Below are positions 53,395 to 64,000 of a DNA stretch of 64,000 nucleotides, piece by piece. Source of the stretch: an uncultured Desulfatitalea sp. GTDB taxonomy: Bacteria > Desulfobacterota > Desulfobacteria > Desulfobacterales > Desulfosarcinaceae. The stretch's first letter is position 1. Each line of letters opens with the position of its first letter. The translations under genes and the position numbers were made by a program. The notes beneath the pieces are model-generated. The model saw nothing but the letters and a program-made list of their open reading frames with translations, had not been told where the DNA came from and did no database searches. The stretch is taken from assembly GCA_963668675.2 (NCBI GenBank), contig CAXXMB010000001.1, positions 448,001-512,000 of the forward strand. The letters run 5' to 3'.

Positions 53395-54834
53395 ATGGCT
53401 AAAAACAGAATCTATTCTGGCCTATCTATAGTAACAATAGGACAGGTATGTACGTATGGGCTATCATTCCTAAGAAATTTATTTTTGGCCAGATTGCTAA
53501 GTAAATACGATTTTGGGCTATCTGTTACTTTTATTCTAGCAATAGAAATGATGGATTTTACATATAGAATGTCTTTTGGAAGACAAATTGTTCAATCTGT
53601 AGATGGCGATAAAAAAATTTTTATTAGTACTGCTCATACCTTTCAAATGATTGTAGCAATAATAAGTTCTTTGATAATGATAGTAATGAGTTTGCCGATA
53701 TCATATATTTTTGAAGTTAAAGATAAATATTGGGCATTTGCCATTTTATCTATCATACCAATATTAAGGGGGTTAACTCATTTAGATCATCAAAAGAGAC
53801 AGAGAAATTATAATTTTCTTCCAACTGTTCTATCTGAATTCATCCCCCAATTGATTGTAACTGCAATAATATGGCCTCTTTATTTACTAGTAAGTGATTA
53901 TCGTTTAGCACTTATACTAATTATTTTAAAAGCATTGTTGTCATTATTAATAACGCATATCGTTGCTAAGATACCTTATAAATGGGGGTGGGAAAAATCA
54001 ATATCTACAAGAATGTGGAAATTTAGTTGGCCGCTTATTCTAAATGGGTTGCTTATATATGCATCACAACAAGGTGACCAAATGATAGTTGGAGGTGGTT
54101 ATTCGCTTGAAATTCTAGCAATATATTCTGCTGGTGCAACACTGATAGCTGCCCCATTTATGATAATTGCACAAACTGCCAACTCGATAATGCTACCTTT
54201 ATTGGCAAAAGAGCAAAAAAATATTAATAGTTTCATACGGAAATATAGGGTTTGTTTAAATTTGAGCTGCGTAATTGCAGTTCTTTCTATGACGCCGCTT
54301 ATCATAGGTTCAGAGCAGTTATTAAAATTTTTGTATGGCAGTAAATATATCGGGGGAGGAACTATAATGTCAATACTTGGCGCAGTATGCGCATTAAGAT
54401 TTCTAAGAATAGCCCCAGCCAATGCAGCAATGGCAAAGTCTGATACACAAAATCAAATGATCTCTAATTTTTATAGAGTAAGTTCTTTAGTATTTGCCGG
54501 GTTTTGTATTTATAGTAAGTTGCCGGTCGAATTTATTGCTATCTGTGGTGTCATTGGTGAGGTATTAGCCTTGTCGGTGTCAACTTATCGGCTAAAACAA
54601 AGGCAAGGAATTCCTATATACATAATGATTAAACCTTTTAGCTATTTGGCGGGAAATATTTTATTAGCTTTGTCAACATTATTGTTTGGCTTGAAAAGCT
54701 GTACGCTGCTAGAGATATCTATGATAATAGCTACTTGGATTATTTGTAGTATAGTTACTTCTATTATATTTTTCCCAAGAATATTCGAAAATTTAGGGAT
54801 AAACACCAAAAAGATTGGTACATCGAAGGTATAA
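53395..54834 (+). CDS. wzx: Wzx flippase
   Basis: 12 or more TM; LARLLSK.DFG and QGDQMIVG motifs. Confidence 0.88.
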   Translation: MAKNRIYSGLSIVTIGQVCTYGLSFLRNLFLARLLSKYDFGLSVTFILAIEMMDFTYRMSFGRQIVQSVDGDKKIFISTAHTFQMIVAIISSLIMIVMSLPISYIFEVKDKYWAFAILSIIPILRGLTHLDHQKRQRNYNFLPTVLSEFIPQLIVTAIIWPLYLLVSDYRLALILIILKALLSLLITHIVAKIPYKWGWEKSISTRMWKFSWPLILNGLLIYASQQGDQMIVGGGYSLEILAIYSAGATLIAAPFMIIAQTANSIMLPLLAKEQKNINSFIRKYRVCLNLSCVIAVLSMTPLIIGSEQLLKFLYGSKYIGGGTIMSILGAVCALRFLRIAPANAAMAKSDTQNQMISNFYRVSSLVFAGFCIYSKLPVEFIAICGVIGEVLALSVSTYRLKQRQGIPIYIMIKPFSYLAGNILLALSTLLFGLKSCTLLEISMIIATWIICSIVTSIIFFPRIFENLGINTKKIGTSKV

Positions 54835-54903
54835 GTCAACTATGTGTATAGAATTTAAACAAGTGACATTGAGTTATGAGGCTCCATATTTTATATTTTA
54901 AAT

Positions 54904-55722
54904 CATTAGTCTCCGGTTAAGAACCGAATAAATTCAATCGGATATGTCCGGTAGTAAACTTGTTATTGTAATCGTCCTCTGTGAATAGCCTTGAAATATG
55001 GGTTTTCTTAAAAAGCAAGATGCTTAAAAGCTGTAAAATTGTGTAAAGACTTTGGTCAAACGACAATCGCTTTTTCATGATGGCAACCAGCACATAAACG
55101 GATATTGCGATCCAGATTTGTGTCTTTACCGCAGTTTCCGATATTCCGAAGAACTTTTTTATCCGTAGATGCTGCTTTATCCATTTAAAAAACAGTTCAA
55201 CTTGCCAGTGGCACTTGTACAAATCAGCTACAGTCCGGGCCTCTATCTCGAAATGATTTGTCAAAAACGTCAGGCGTTTTTTTGTTTCAGCGTCGAAATA
55301 CTTGATCCGTCTCAGCTTCTCCGGATAGGCAATGGAAGACTGGTACACAACCGGAAGAACAGTTTGGTCACAGATTGCGCCGCTGGATTTATCAACAGGC
55401 GCAGAATATAGTCGCTTGAGTTTGGTGTTGGCCTTGGTTCTAAGAATGAAAAAAGCAAACTCCTGATGCATGCGGTAAAGCCTTTCAAAATCAAGATAGG
55501 CTCTATCCATCACATAGATTGAACCGGGTTCCGGGAGCAGTTCATCTAACATGTTGACATCATGAACCTTGGCATCGGTTATGGATACAAACGACGGGAT
55601 ATTGCCTCTGAGATCAAGTAGCGTATGAACTTTTATCCCGCTTTTGGTGGTCCGAAACCGCGCCCATGGAAAGACCGATCGGAAGAGATCGATTGTGGAT
55701 GAATCCAGGGCATAAACCCCCC
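54904..55722 (-). mobile_element. IS4-family element, 5'-truncated
   Basis: ALDSSTIDL, K.HTLLD, VHD, DRAY and Y..W.VELFFKWIKQHL motifs; end CATTAGTCTCCGGTTA. Confidence 0.85.
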
Positions 55723-55896
55723 TGTGTCAGGATAGATGTCGCGCCCAATGAAGGGATTTGTTTGAATTGAGATGGGGCGATTGGTATAAAGGATGTATTA
55801 TGAAAACCTATCCTGAGGAATTAAAAGCAAGTATCATCCAGAAGTTATTACCACCGCACAATGCATACGTACCGCAACTGTCCAAAGAGACCGGGA
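55723..55896 (+). mobile_element. IS3-family left-end remnant
   Basis: TGTGTCAGGATAGATGTCGC end, then MKTYPEELKASIIQKLLPPHN...LSKETG, truncated. Confidence 0.6.
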
Positions 55897-55963
55897 GATA
55901 CTGGGCTTAAAAACCAAAATCAAGGAGTTGCCCGTTAAAAATGAAACATATCACATATAAATA

Positions 55964-57650
55964 GGACTTGCTGAATTACAGGTAAGTACTTGTAAATATG
56001 ATCTAAATGTGCAATACTATTGGGCATAAGTGAACGAAAAAGCGCCTTTTTTGCCAATAACTCTTGCACTTTACTTTCCGGGAAAAAATGTTCAGACACA
56101 ATTTAAAGCAAATGGAATTCGAAGACTTTAATCTTCCCTTTGATGGCAAATTGCGCAGCGACAATCGCTGGGTAAAAATGGCCAAGATGATTCCTTAGTC
56201 GCAAATCGAGCCATCGTATGTAAAATCGTTATCCGGAAAGGGCAAAGGCCCACCGGCAATGTCGGTGCGTGTGGCTCTTGGCACATTGATCATAAAAGAA
56301 CGCCTTGGACTCAGCGACGATGAAACAGTAGAGCAGATCCGAGAAAATCCGTATCTGCAATACTTTTTAGGATTCAAGGATTACAACGATGAAAAGCCCT
56401 TTGATTCGTCGATGCTCGTGCATTTCCGTAAGCGGTTGAGCAATGATCTGGTATGCCAGCTTATTGAGCAGGTAAATCACAACGCCCTTGAGCAAACCAA
56501 AAGCAAATCGAAAAAAGATGACGGCAGCGATGATACTGATGGTGGCCCCGCAAACGCCCAAAAGAAAAATAAGGGGAAATTGCTCATCGATGCGACGTGC
56601 ACGCCGGCAGATATTACCTTCCCGACAGATTTAAAAACACTCAACAAGGCAAGAGAGCATAGTGAAGAAATCATAGACAAGCTTCATCGACCGCATAAAG
56701 GTGTCAGGAAAAAACCTCGCAACTACAGAAAAAAGGCTCGCAAGGAGTTTTTGGCTGTCGCCAAAAGTAAAAAGCCCCCAAAGGCCAAGCTTCGCAAAGC
56801 GATCCGAAAGCAGCTTGGGTATCTTCGTAGAAATTTGAAAAGCATTGACGAGCTGTCAAAAATCAGTTCACTACTTTTACTGAGCAAGCGTCAATACAAG
56901 AATCTGTTGGTCATCCATGATGTCTACAGCCAGCAGCAATGGATGTACGACAATCGAGAAAAAAAGAATTAACGATCGAATTGTGAGCATCAGTCAACCC
57001 CATGTCAGACCGATCAAGCGTGGTAAAACAGGTACTGATACGGAATTTGGCGCCAAGCTATCGGCCAGCCTTGTCGATGGATACTGCTTTTTAGATCATT
57101 TAAATTGGGACAACTTCAACGAAGGCGGCGATTTAAAGCAGCAAGCAACAGCCTACCGTCGCCGCTTTGGCTTTTATCCCAAATCTATACATGCAGATAG
57201 CATTTATCGCAACCGTGCCAATATCAAGTTTTGCAAAAAGAACGGTATTCGCTTATCAGGGCCGGCATTGGGAAGGCCACCGAAGGACATTGAACTTCAA
57301 AAAGAAGTAAAAAAGCAAACACGCCAGGACGAGATGGATTGCATACCGATAGAAGGAAAATTCGGGCAAGGCAAGCGACGATTCAGTTTATCAAAGATCA
57401 TGTGCAAGTTAGACTGTACGTCAGAGACGGCAGTAGCAATTGCGTTTTTGGTGATGAATTTGGAGAAGTGGCTCAAGGTCCTTCTTTTTTGTCTAATTTT
57501 AGCGCCTGAAAAGGCCCTATATCGGCTCGCTGGTGCCTTTAGAGGTCATTTTTCGTTAGCAGCGATTACATCTAAACCGCGAAACTCGTTAGCGAACTTT
57601 AGAGCTCTTTTGATAGAAAATCAGCGCTTTGCCTATTATTCAGGAAGCCC
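55964..57650 (+). mobile_element. IS5-family element with a pseudogenised transposase
   Basis: TIR GGACTTGCTGAAT / ATTCAGGAAGCCC; flanking direct repeat TAAATA. ATG at 56088, TAG at 56195, frameshift in an A-run at ~56960. IDAT, EFGAK, AD..Y and IEGKFG motifs. Confidence 0.9.
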
Positions 57651-57787
57651 TAAATACAATTGGTTGTGGCGATTTTGTGTGATTTTAAACGGACACTATT
57701 GATTTTAAATGATGTTTTTTCGTCTAAAGGGCATAAATTGCCAACTGTAATTGCTATTGTGAGAACTATTTTAATATAAGGAAATGT

Positions 57788-59044
57788 ATGAATATTTATC
57801 GAGAGAAAAAAATAAACAATGTAGGCGATGTGGTTTCTTTAAGACTTTGTTTGGGGTGTGGTATATGTATTCCCATATGTCCGGAAAGTAATATAAAACT
57901 TGTCGATATAATAAGTATAGGGCTAAGGCCAGTCGTAAATAACAAATTATGTACACATTGCAAAACATGTTTAAGTGCTTGCCCTGGCATATCACTAAGT
58001 ACAGAGAATTTATACAATAAATACAATATGAAAAAGAATGATGAACAAAAAAAATGGGGAAAATTTTTAGAAATATGGGAAGGATATTCTACTGATGAAG
58101 AAATTAGATATAAAGGATCGTCAGGCGGTATATGCACAGCGCTATCCGTATATTGTATAGAAAAAGGTATTGCGAGCGGCATTTTACATGTAGGATCTGA
58201 CCCAGAAATACCTTATAGAAATAGAACTTATCGTAGTACAAAAAGAGAAGAGCTTATCTCTATGACTGGCTCAAGATATTCACCTGCTGCACCAGGAGAA
58301 AGGGTAGATATAATTAAAGATAATAATGGGAAAACGGTAGTAGTAGGTAAGCCCTGTGATATAGCAGGTTTTAGAAAAGCAGAAAAAATATTACCAGACT
58401 TGAGAGATAAGATCGCTTTAAAAATAGGTTTCTTCTGTGCTGGGACACCTTCATCAGAAGGGACACTAGATTTATTAAGAAAGCATAGTATTGATAAATC
58501 AGAAATTAAAAATATAAGGTATAGAGGAAAGGGTTGGCCTGGAATGGCAACTTTTACGTTTAAAGATAAAGATAGAACACCCTGCAAGTTAACATATAAT
58601 GATTCCTGGGGGTTTATTCAAAAATATCGGCCATTTCGTTGCTATTTATGCCCTGATTTAACAGCTGAATTTGCGGATATTTCAGTGGGAGATCCTTGGT
58701 ATAGAGAAATTAGAAATGATGCTATGGGTAGATCTATAATTTTAATAAGAACCGAAGAAGGAAAAACAATATTTAAAAATGCTCTTGAAGAGGGCTACAT
58801 TAGTGCAAAGAGGGTGAAAACGAATATTATCTATTTATCACAGAAGAATTTATTAGGAAAAAGAAGGGCTATTTGGGGGCGTCTACTTGCATTAAAAATG
58901 TTGGGTTTACCTTATCCGCGTTTAAAAGGATTTCACCTTTTTGAAAATTGGTTAGATTTGTCTTTAAATCATAAATTGAAATCAATATTTGGAACTATAA
59001 AAAGAATATATAGACGCAATTATTTTAGTAAACTTAAAATTTGA
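57788..59044 (+). CDS. Coenzyme F420 hydrogenase beta-subunit (FrhB/FdhB)-like Fe-S protein
   Basis: Two CxxCxxCxxxCP ferredoxin motifs; SSGG, GSRY, VGKPC, FCAG, C..C.D and ADISVGDPW motifs. Confidence 0.9.
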   Translation: MNIYREKKINNVGDVVSLRLCLGCGICIPICPESNIKLVDIISIGLRPVVNNKLCTHCKTCLSACPGISLSTENLYNKYNMKKNDEQKKWGKFLEIWEGYSTDEEIRYKGSSGGICTALSVYCIEKGIASGILHVGSDPEIPYRNRTYRSTKREELISMTGSRYSPAAPGERVDIIKDNNGKTVVVGKPCDIAGFRKAEKILPDLRDKIALKIGFFCAGTPSSEGTLDLLRKHSIDKSEIKNIRYRGKGWPGMATFTFKDKDRTPCKLTYNDSWGFIQKYRPFRCYLCPDLTAEFADISVGDPWYREIRNDAMGRSIILIRTEEGKTIFKNALEEGYISAKRVKTNIIYLSQKNLLGKRRAIWGRLLALKMLGLPYPRLKGFHLFENWLDLSLNHKLKSIFGTIKRIYRRNYFSKLKI

Positions 59045-61065
59045 GGAGATGAGCACGACTACAGTTATCAAATTGTCATGAAGCGGTATTCGTACCACAA
59101 AATATAAATGCGGCTATGCATTAAACCCAAGTGATAAATTATTTTATCCCGTAGTGACCGTATCTGTCAAAAACAGCAAGTATGATGGCATAAATATAAA
59201 AAAAGGAGGCCGCCCTGATCGATTTTACAATCAAAGAGGATTTCCCATAGATATCACACCTTCGTATGCTACAAAAAAAAAGCCAAAGCGGGTAGCAAAA
59301 TATTTTTTAACTATTCAGCGTAATACCTAAAAAAGCAGTAAAAGTAGCAGAAAAAGCTTGACAGGGTTTTCGAAAAAAAAGGTGAAAAATGATTCTATGT
59401 AACAGTTCTTCCTCATAACGTTCGTCTGGTCGTCGCTTATCGATTTTAAGGCCGTTTTCGATAGAAACTCATGATGCATTGATGCATTAGTTCAACTGTT
59501 TTTCAGGCGGTATTGGCGATCACAGAGCGAAAAAAGTCGGTTTTAAAATTTGCGCTTATGCACAAAACCCAAGTGACATGTTCAGGCAGTTGTCCGAGGG
59601 TGCCGATGATAATGCACAGATTTCCAGTTTTTCCGCATACAGCGCTTCTTTCGACAGTTTGTCATGGCTCCAACGAAGGTGGATGTTACCCGCGCCTCTT
59701 TCATCACTTGGGCTTTGTGGATAACCGCATTAAAATTTGTGCTATAATAGCTTCATTGACAGCACAAGGAAGAAAATTAGATAAAAAGATCAATCTAACA
59801 GCTAAAAAAGGGTTTTCCACATATGCGATAGGTAAGTCGAATCTGGATTTAATCGCCTGCAAAATGAAAGACATTATCAGTAAAATTGATAGACAAAGAG
59901 AAGTTACTAAGACGCTTATAAATCTCATTGATGGTGGTGGACCCCATCGGTTGGACAACCTTAGGGGCAAGTTAAGCTATAGGTCAGTTGGTTTACCGGG
60001 GACCTTTTCCCCCTTGTAAGTTTAATGCCACGGCCGTGTACCGGGGGGATCCACAAAATCCCCCCGGTACACACGCGCGAGCACAATATAGCTTTAATGC
60101 TCAGGCCTGAAAAGCATAACATCATCACGCAGCCTCTGCTACCGAACAACCTGCGAAGTAAACCTCATCCGGGGTCATGTCGTCAAGCCCTTGGTGGGGG
60201 CGCTGGCTGTTGTAGTATTTAAACCATCCCATCAGCCCTTCGCGAAGCTTGCTGCCACTGTCAAATGCGTGAAGGTACAGATAATGGTACTTTACGGTCC
60301 ACCAGAGTCGTTCAATGAAAATATTGTCCATGGCTCGACCTCTGCCATCCATGCTGATGGTAACGCCTGCAGATCGAAGCGTATCGGTAAATCGCTTCAA
60401 GGCCCATCAGGCGCATCAAACGCTGAACCTTCCTGCGGTTGGGTTTATATCCCAATCGACGCAGGATAGTTCTCATCGTTCTGCTACCGGCAGTCGGTGT
60501 TTTCATATATTGCTCATCGATCAGCCGCATCAGCTCCAAGTCCGCGGGATTGGTGGGCTTTGGTGTATAGTAAAACGGTGAACGGTTAACGTTTAACATG
60601 CTGCATTGGCGCGATATGCTCAGCTTTTGGTCGTTGCGCTCTATCATCTGTTTCCGCTGTTCAAGACTCAATAGCCGAGCTTTCGTGATAAAAAATCGTT
60701 CTCAACCTTTAACTGGCCAATCTGACGGTGCAACTCATCGACCTTGGTGTCGATTTGTTTCCGCGACTTTTGATTCTTGTCGAAAATATCGCCGGCGCCG
60801 TCTAACAGTGCCTTTTTCCAAGTACTAATCATGGTCGGATGAACATTGTCAATGGGAATGAAAAGTGTACCACTTTCGGGAAAATAAAAATGTACCACCG
60901 CCCGGGTTAAAACATACGCTGACCCCATTCATCCGGGCCTGTGAGCTGACCAGGGTGGTTAAAGAACTGGGTCGTGTCCCGGGGGGATCCATCAAAAATC
61001 CCCCCGGGACACACGCCCCCGCACAAACGGACTTTAAAGCCGCCGGGCAGCGTGTTCCATCCTGG

Positions 61066-61845
61066 TCAACAAGCCTCGGCCGATACACTTTGTTCTTCCT
61101 TCTGCACGAGTTGTTTTTTTACCGTCGCATGCCCTTTGAGACGGTAACTATGTCCTTTGATGTTGATCACCTTGCAGTGGTGCAGCAAGCGGTCCAGGAT
61201 GGCCGTTGCGATCACCTGGTCGCCAAACAGCTCCTGCCAGTCGCCGAAGCTTTTGTTTGAGGTGATGATCGTTGAACTCCGCTCGTAACGGTAGGAGACA
61301 AACTGGAAGAACAGGTAAGCCTCCTTGCTGTCGATGGGAAGATACCCCACCTCATCGACCACGACCAGGGTGGATGTCAGGTACGCCTTATGCCGCGACT
61401 GGGGCTCTTTGAGTTTGCGCATCAATGTGTCCATGGTGGTAAAGTACACCTTGAAGCCATGGTGGCACGCCTTGGTGGCCAAAGCGATGCCCAGATGAGT
61501 TTTGCCCACACCGGGAGGACCGAGAAAGATCACGTTTTCGTGCTTGGGAACAAAATCCAGATCGAACAGGGCCATCACCTCTTTTTTGTTTAGACCGGGA
61601 TGGAAGGAAAAGTCGTATCCGTCGATGGTCTTGGCGGCCGGCAGCCCGGCAGTCTTCATGGCGGTATGCACACGGCGTTTTTCCTTGGCGGCCACTTCTT
61701 CTTCGAGCAGATGGTCCAAAAAGGCCGTATATGAACTTTTATCGGCCTCTGCCTGGCCGAGGATATCGTCGAGCACCTCTGCAGCCCGGGTGAGTTTGAG
61801 TCGCTGCAGATTGTCCCGGAGACGGTCGGTGACTAATTGGTCCAT
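61066..61845 (-). CDS. istB: IS21 helper ATPase IstB
   Basis: GPPGVGKT, DEVGY, TSN..F..W and ILDRLLHH motifs. Confidence 0.95.
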   Translation of the reverse strand: MDQLVTDRLRDNLQRLKLTRAAEVLDDILGQAEADKSSYTAFLDHLLEEEVAAKEKRRVHTAMKTAGLPAAKTIDGYDFSFHPGLNKKEVMALFDLDFVPKHENVIFLGPPGVGKTHLGIALATKACHHGFKVYFTTMDTLMRKLKEPQSRHKAYLTSTLVVVDEVGYLPIDSKEAYLFFQFVSYRYERSSTIITSNKSFGDWQELFGDQVIATAILDRLLHHCKVINIKGHSYRLKGHATVKKQLVQKEEQSVSAEAC

Positions 61846-63104
61846 ACGTCACCTCCTTGGGCAAACTGATCATAAAACGACAGCGGCCGGTGTTGCACCT
61901 GGGCAAACAGACTGGAGTTGACCAGGCCTCGTGTGGCTTTGCCCTTGACCCGGCCATAGGTTCTGTTACCGCTGTGGGTACGCCGACGGGCCATGATCTG
62001 GTCGATGACCGCCGCAGAGACGATCCAACGATTCTTTTCGTTGCTTTCGGCATGGGTGATCAACAGACGATCGTCATCGTAGATATCGATTGTACCGTCT
62101 TTGATTTTGAGCAATACTTTTTTACCAACAGCCTCCGGCGGCACATGGTAGCGGTTGGTGTTGTAAGAGATCATGCAGTCTTTGTACACCGTGCGGTAGA
62201 CCTTGGTGGAGGTGTCATAGTCCGGCGGACATGGGGTGAGCCGTTTGATCTCCTGACGCCAACGAATATCCACCTGCTGCCGGTGGGTGCCGTGTACACG
62301 GCAATTGGCCGTTTCACTGAGCCAATGAAGCAGATCGGCATTGGCCTGATCAAGACCATTGAACTGGTAGCCGCGCCAGAAGCCTTCACGGATATAGTCG
62401 ATGGGACGCTCCACCTTGCCTTTGACCCAGGGGCTGTACGGTGGACATAAAATCGGTTTGAACATGCAGTGGTTGGCAAAGTGCATCAACTCGACATTGA
62501 TAATCTTTCGACCGTTTTGTGTGCCGATGAACACATGGCGCATGTTGTCGTAAAGCAGCTCTAACGGGACTCCGCCAAGATAGTGAAAGGCGCGCAGGTG
62601 GGCATCCAAAAACGCTTGAAGGCTGCACGTGGTGACGAACTGGGCATACATGGCCCGGGAAAATCCCAGCACCAGGATAAACAGATACAACGTGATGTCC
62701 TTAGCACCGGCCGTAGCGACTTTAAAATCGGCCCAGTCCACCTGGCCTTGCAGCCCCGGGATGGTCTCGAATCGCAAGAACGCCTGGCGATGTTTGCCGG
62801 CTTTTACCTTGCGGACATAGATCTTGACCATGTCGTATCCACCGCAATAGCCCAGGTTTTTGATTTGGCAATAGATCCGGCTGGCCCGGTAATTGTCCTG
62901 TTCGAGCCAGTCATCGATCATCTGGCGATAGGGATCGAGAATCGATTTGCTACGCGCGCATTTTTGATATCGCGGCGGTTGCCCCTCAGTCAGATATTTT
63001 TTGACGGTTGTGCGATGAATGCCAAGCTTGCGCGAGATCTCACGCAGGGAACATCCTTGGCGACGCAATGCAATAATGTCCATGAAAACCTCCATTGCGA
63101 TCAT
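61833..63104 (-). CDS. istA: IS21 transposase IstA
   Basis: HTH, RFET.PG.QGQVDW, YDN, KGKVER and R.HGT motifs. Confidence 0.95.
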   Translation of the reverse strand: MIAMEVFMDIIALRRQGCSLREISRKLGIHRTTVKKYLTEGQPPRYQKCARSKSILDPYRQMIDDWLEQDNYRASRIYCQIKNLGYCGGYDMVKIYVRKVKAGKHRQAFLRFETIPGLQGQVDWADFKVATAGAKDITLYLFILVLGFSRAMYAQFVTTCSLQAFLDAHLRAFHYLGGVPLELLYDNMRHVFIGTQNGRKIINVELMHFANHCMFKPILCPPYSPWVKGKVERPIDYIREGFWRGYQFNGLDQANADLLHWLSETANCRVHGTHRQQVDIRWRQEIKRLTPCPPDYDTSTKVYRTVYKDCMISYNTNRYHVPPEAVGKKVLLKIKDGTIDIYDDDRLLITHAESNEKNRWIVSAAVIDQIMARRRTHSGNRTYGRVKGKATRGLVNSSLFAQVQHRPLSFYDQFAQGGDVWTN

Positions 63105-63717
63105 GGCTCAGCCCTCCTTTAACGAGGGGTTTACCATGATCACCTCTGGAAGGTGGTACAGTTTTCATTCCCATTTTTGGTACATTTTTGCATTCCCGTC
63201 GACAAACATCGAACCGTTTGGATAGTTGGGTTGTGGTCTCTTCGTTCTTGATGGCGGCCAAGGCTACTTTGGCCTTGAACTCTGGACTGTGATTACGACG
63301 TTTGTTTTTCATGTCAGCTCCTTTTCGTTCAGGCTGACTTATAGCTTAGCACATTGTCCAGTTTTTGGGGTCCACCGCCGATAACGACAAAGCCTCAATG
63401 TCTCCAATGGATAATAATGGGAATTTTAGTAACGGTTATCAGTTCGCAATAAGATTAAAGAATTCTCTACAAAGAGATAAGGTGTATGATTATCGTTTAT
63501 AAACAAAGGGTCGATTCTGAAAAATATTATGATGAAGTAATAGAGATCGTAAAATCACAATACAACTATTTAGGAACCTGTCCTAATGCTGATATCGCGT
63601 GTAAGACGGTACTAATTATTCCTAATCATTATTTCCTTTCCAAGGATGATATACTTCATATTGCTTCATCTTTGAATACTATACTCTGATAATTCAAACT
63701 AATATAAAGATTTTTGT

Positions 63718-64000
63718 ATGATTAAGCATTTTATTGATTTAAAAGACACCCGTAATGCCAAAAAATGGGATGAGTTCGTAGTAAGCAATTTGTACGGTAC
63801 GCCATATCATCTCACAACTTGGCTGAACACCCTCGAAGAAACCTATGGATTTAAGCCTCTGCATATTTGTTTTAAAGATAAAAATAATGAGATAGAAGTG
63901 GTTTTTCCGCTTTTTACCATTAACAATATTTTTCAAAAAAATAGAGCAGTTTCGATCCCTTTCTCTGACTATGGCGGGCCAATCACTTCAAACACAAAGC
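63718..64000 (+). CDS. FemAB-like GNAT protein, 5' part (runs off the window)
   Basis: Translated by hand: MIKHF...WDEFV....GTPYH...W...LEETYG...SIPFSDYGGP. Confidence 0.75.
   Translation, partial: MIKHFIDLKDTRNAKKWDEFVVSNLYGTPYHLTTWLNTLEETYGFKPLHICFKDKNNEIEVVFPLFTINNIFQKNRAVSIPFSDYGGPITSNTK

Larger units (their letters stand above)
60847..63204 (-). mobile_element. IS21-family element, apparently intact
   Basis: TG...CA ends with tandem AAA.TGTACCA repeats; 5-bp TSD AACAT; istA and istB. Confidence 0.95.
59933..63379 (-). mobile_element. IS3-family element; orfA split by IS21, orfB internally deleted
   Basis: TIR GG(T/C)GGTGGACCCC; 3-bp TSD GAT. orfA ..SKRFDV|HPTMIS.. rejoins across the IS21. 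orfB jumps from EAIY to FTDTL..SMDGRG. Confidence 0.9.
59049..63689 (+). pseudogene. Fragmented gene, probably a DegT-like PLP aminotransferase, interrupted by IS debris and IS3::IS21
   Basis: Removing 59933-63379 and one GAT rejoins ..TLINLID|NDKASM..YQFAIR..RD in frame. The tail CPNAD....VLIIP.H..LS..D is typical of DegT C-termini. 5' boundary uncertain. Confidence 0.55.

Overview
The window is a large exopolysaccharide / surface-glycan locus of the PEP-CTERM (exosortase)-associated type. The host is probably a Desulfobacterota-like bacterium (inferred from gene content and repeat style only). It has two compositionally distinct halves. Bases ~1-32.3 kb are GC-rich and nearly all on the + strand: flippase end, Wzy/ligase, GT2/GT4 glycosyltransferases, two AsnB-like amidotransferases, acyltransferases, a PEP-CTERM protein, a PrsT-like TPR lipoprotein, an apparently catalytically dead priming phosphoglycosyl transferase, rmlC-rmlB-rmlA and a WbpE/WbpB/WbpD-like trio. 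Most intergenic gaps there are filled with MITEs and palindromic repeats. Bases ~32.4-64 kb are AT-rich and hold a second polysaccharide module (own Wzx and Wzy, deacetylases, GTs, pyruvyl transferase, FrhB-like Fe-S protein, FemAB-like GNAT) riddled with nested IS elements (IS1595, IS66, IS4, IS5, IS3, IS21) and a group II intron. Most notable: (i) the intron sits 1 nt from the tip of an IS66 and its EBS1 loop exactly matches the IS66 terminal repeat; (ii) a 250-bp MITE family has ends matching a decayed IS1595 element in the same window; (iii) the priming transferase lacks its catalytic Asp-Glu dyad; (iv) four sigma54 promoters link secreted proteins, two of which share an xxNLxV/I tail motif; (v) a pyruvyl transferase plus FrhB-like pair suggests lactyl-ether glycan modification. 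No rRNA, tRNA or CRISPR array was recognised. All calls are by eye, without database searches.
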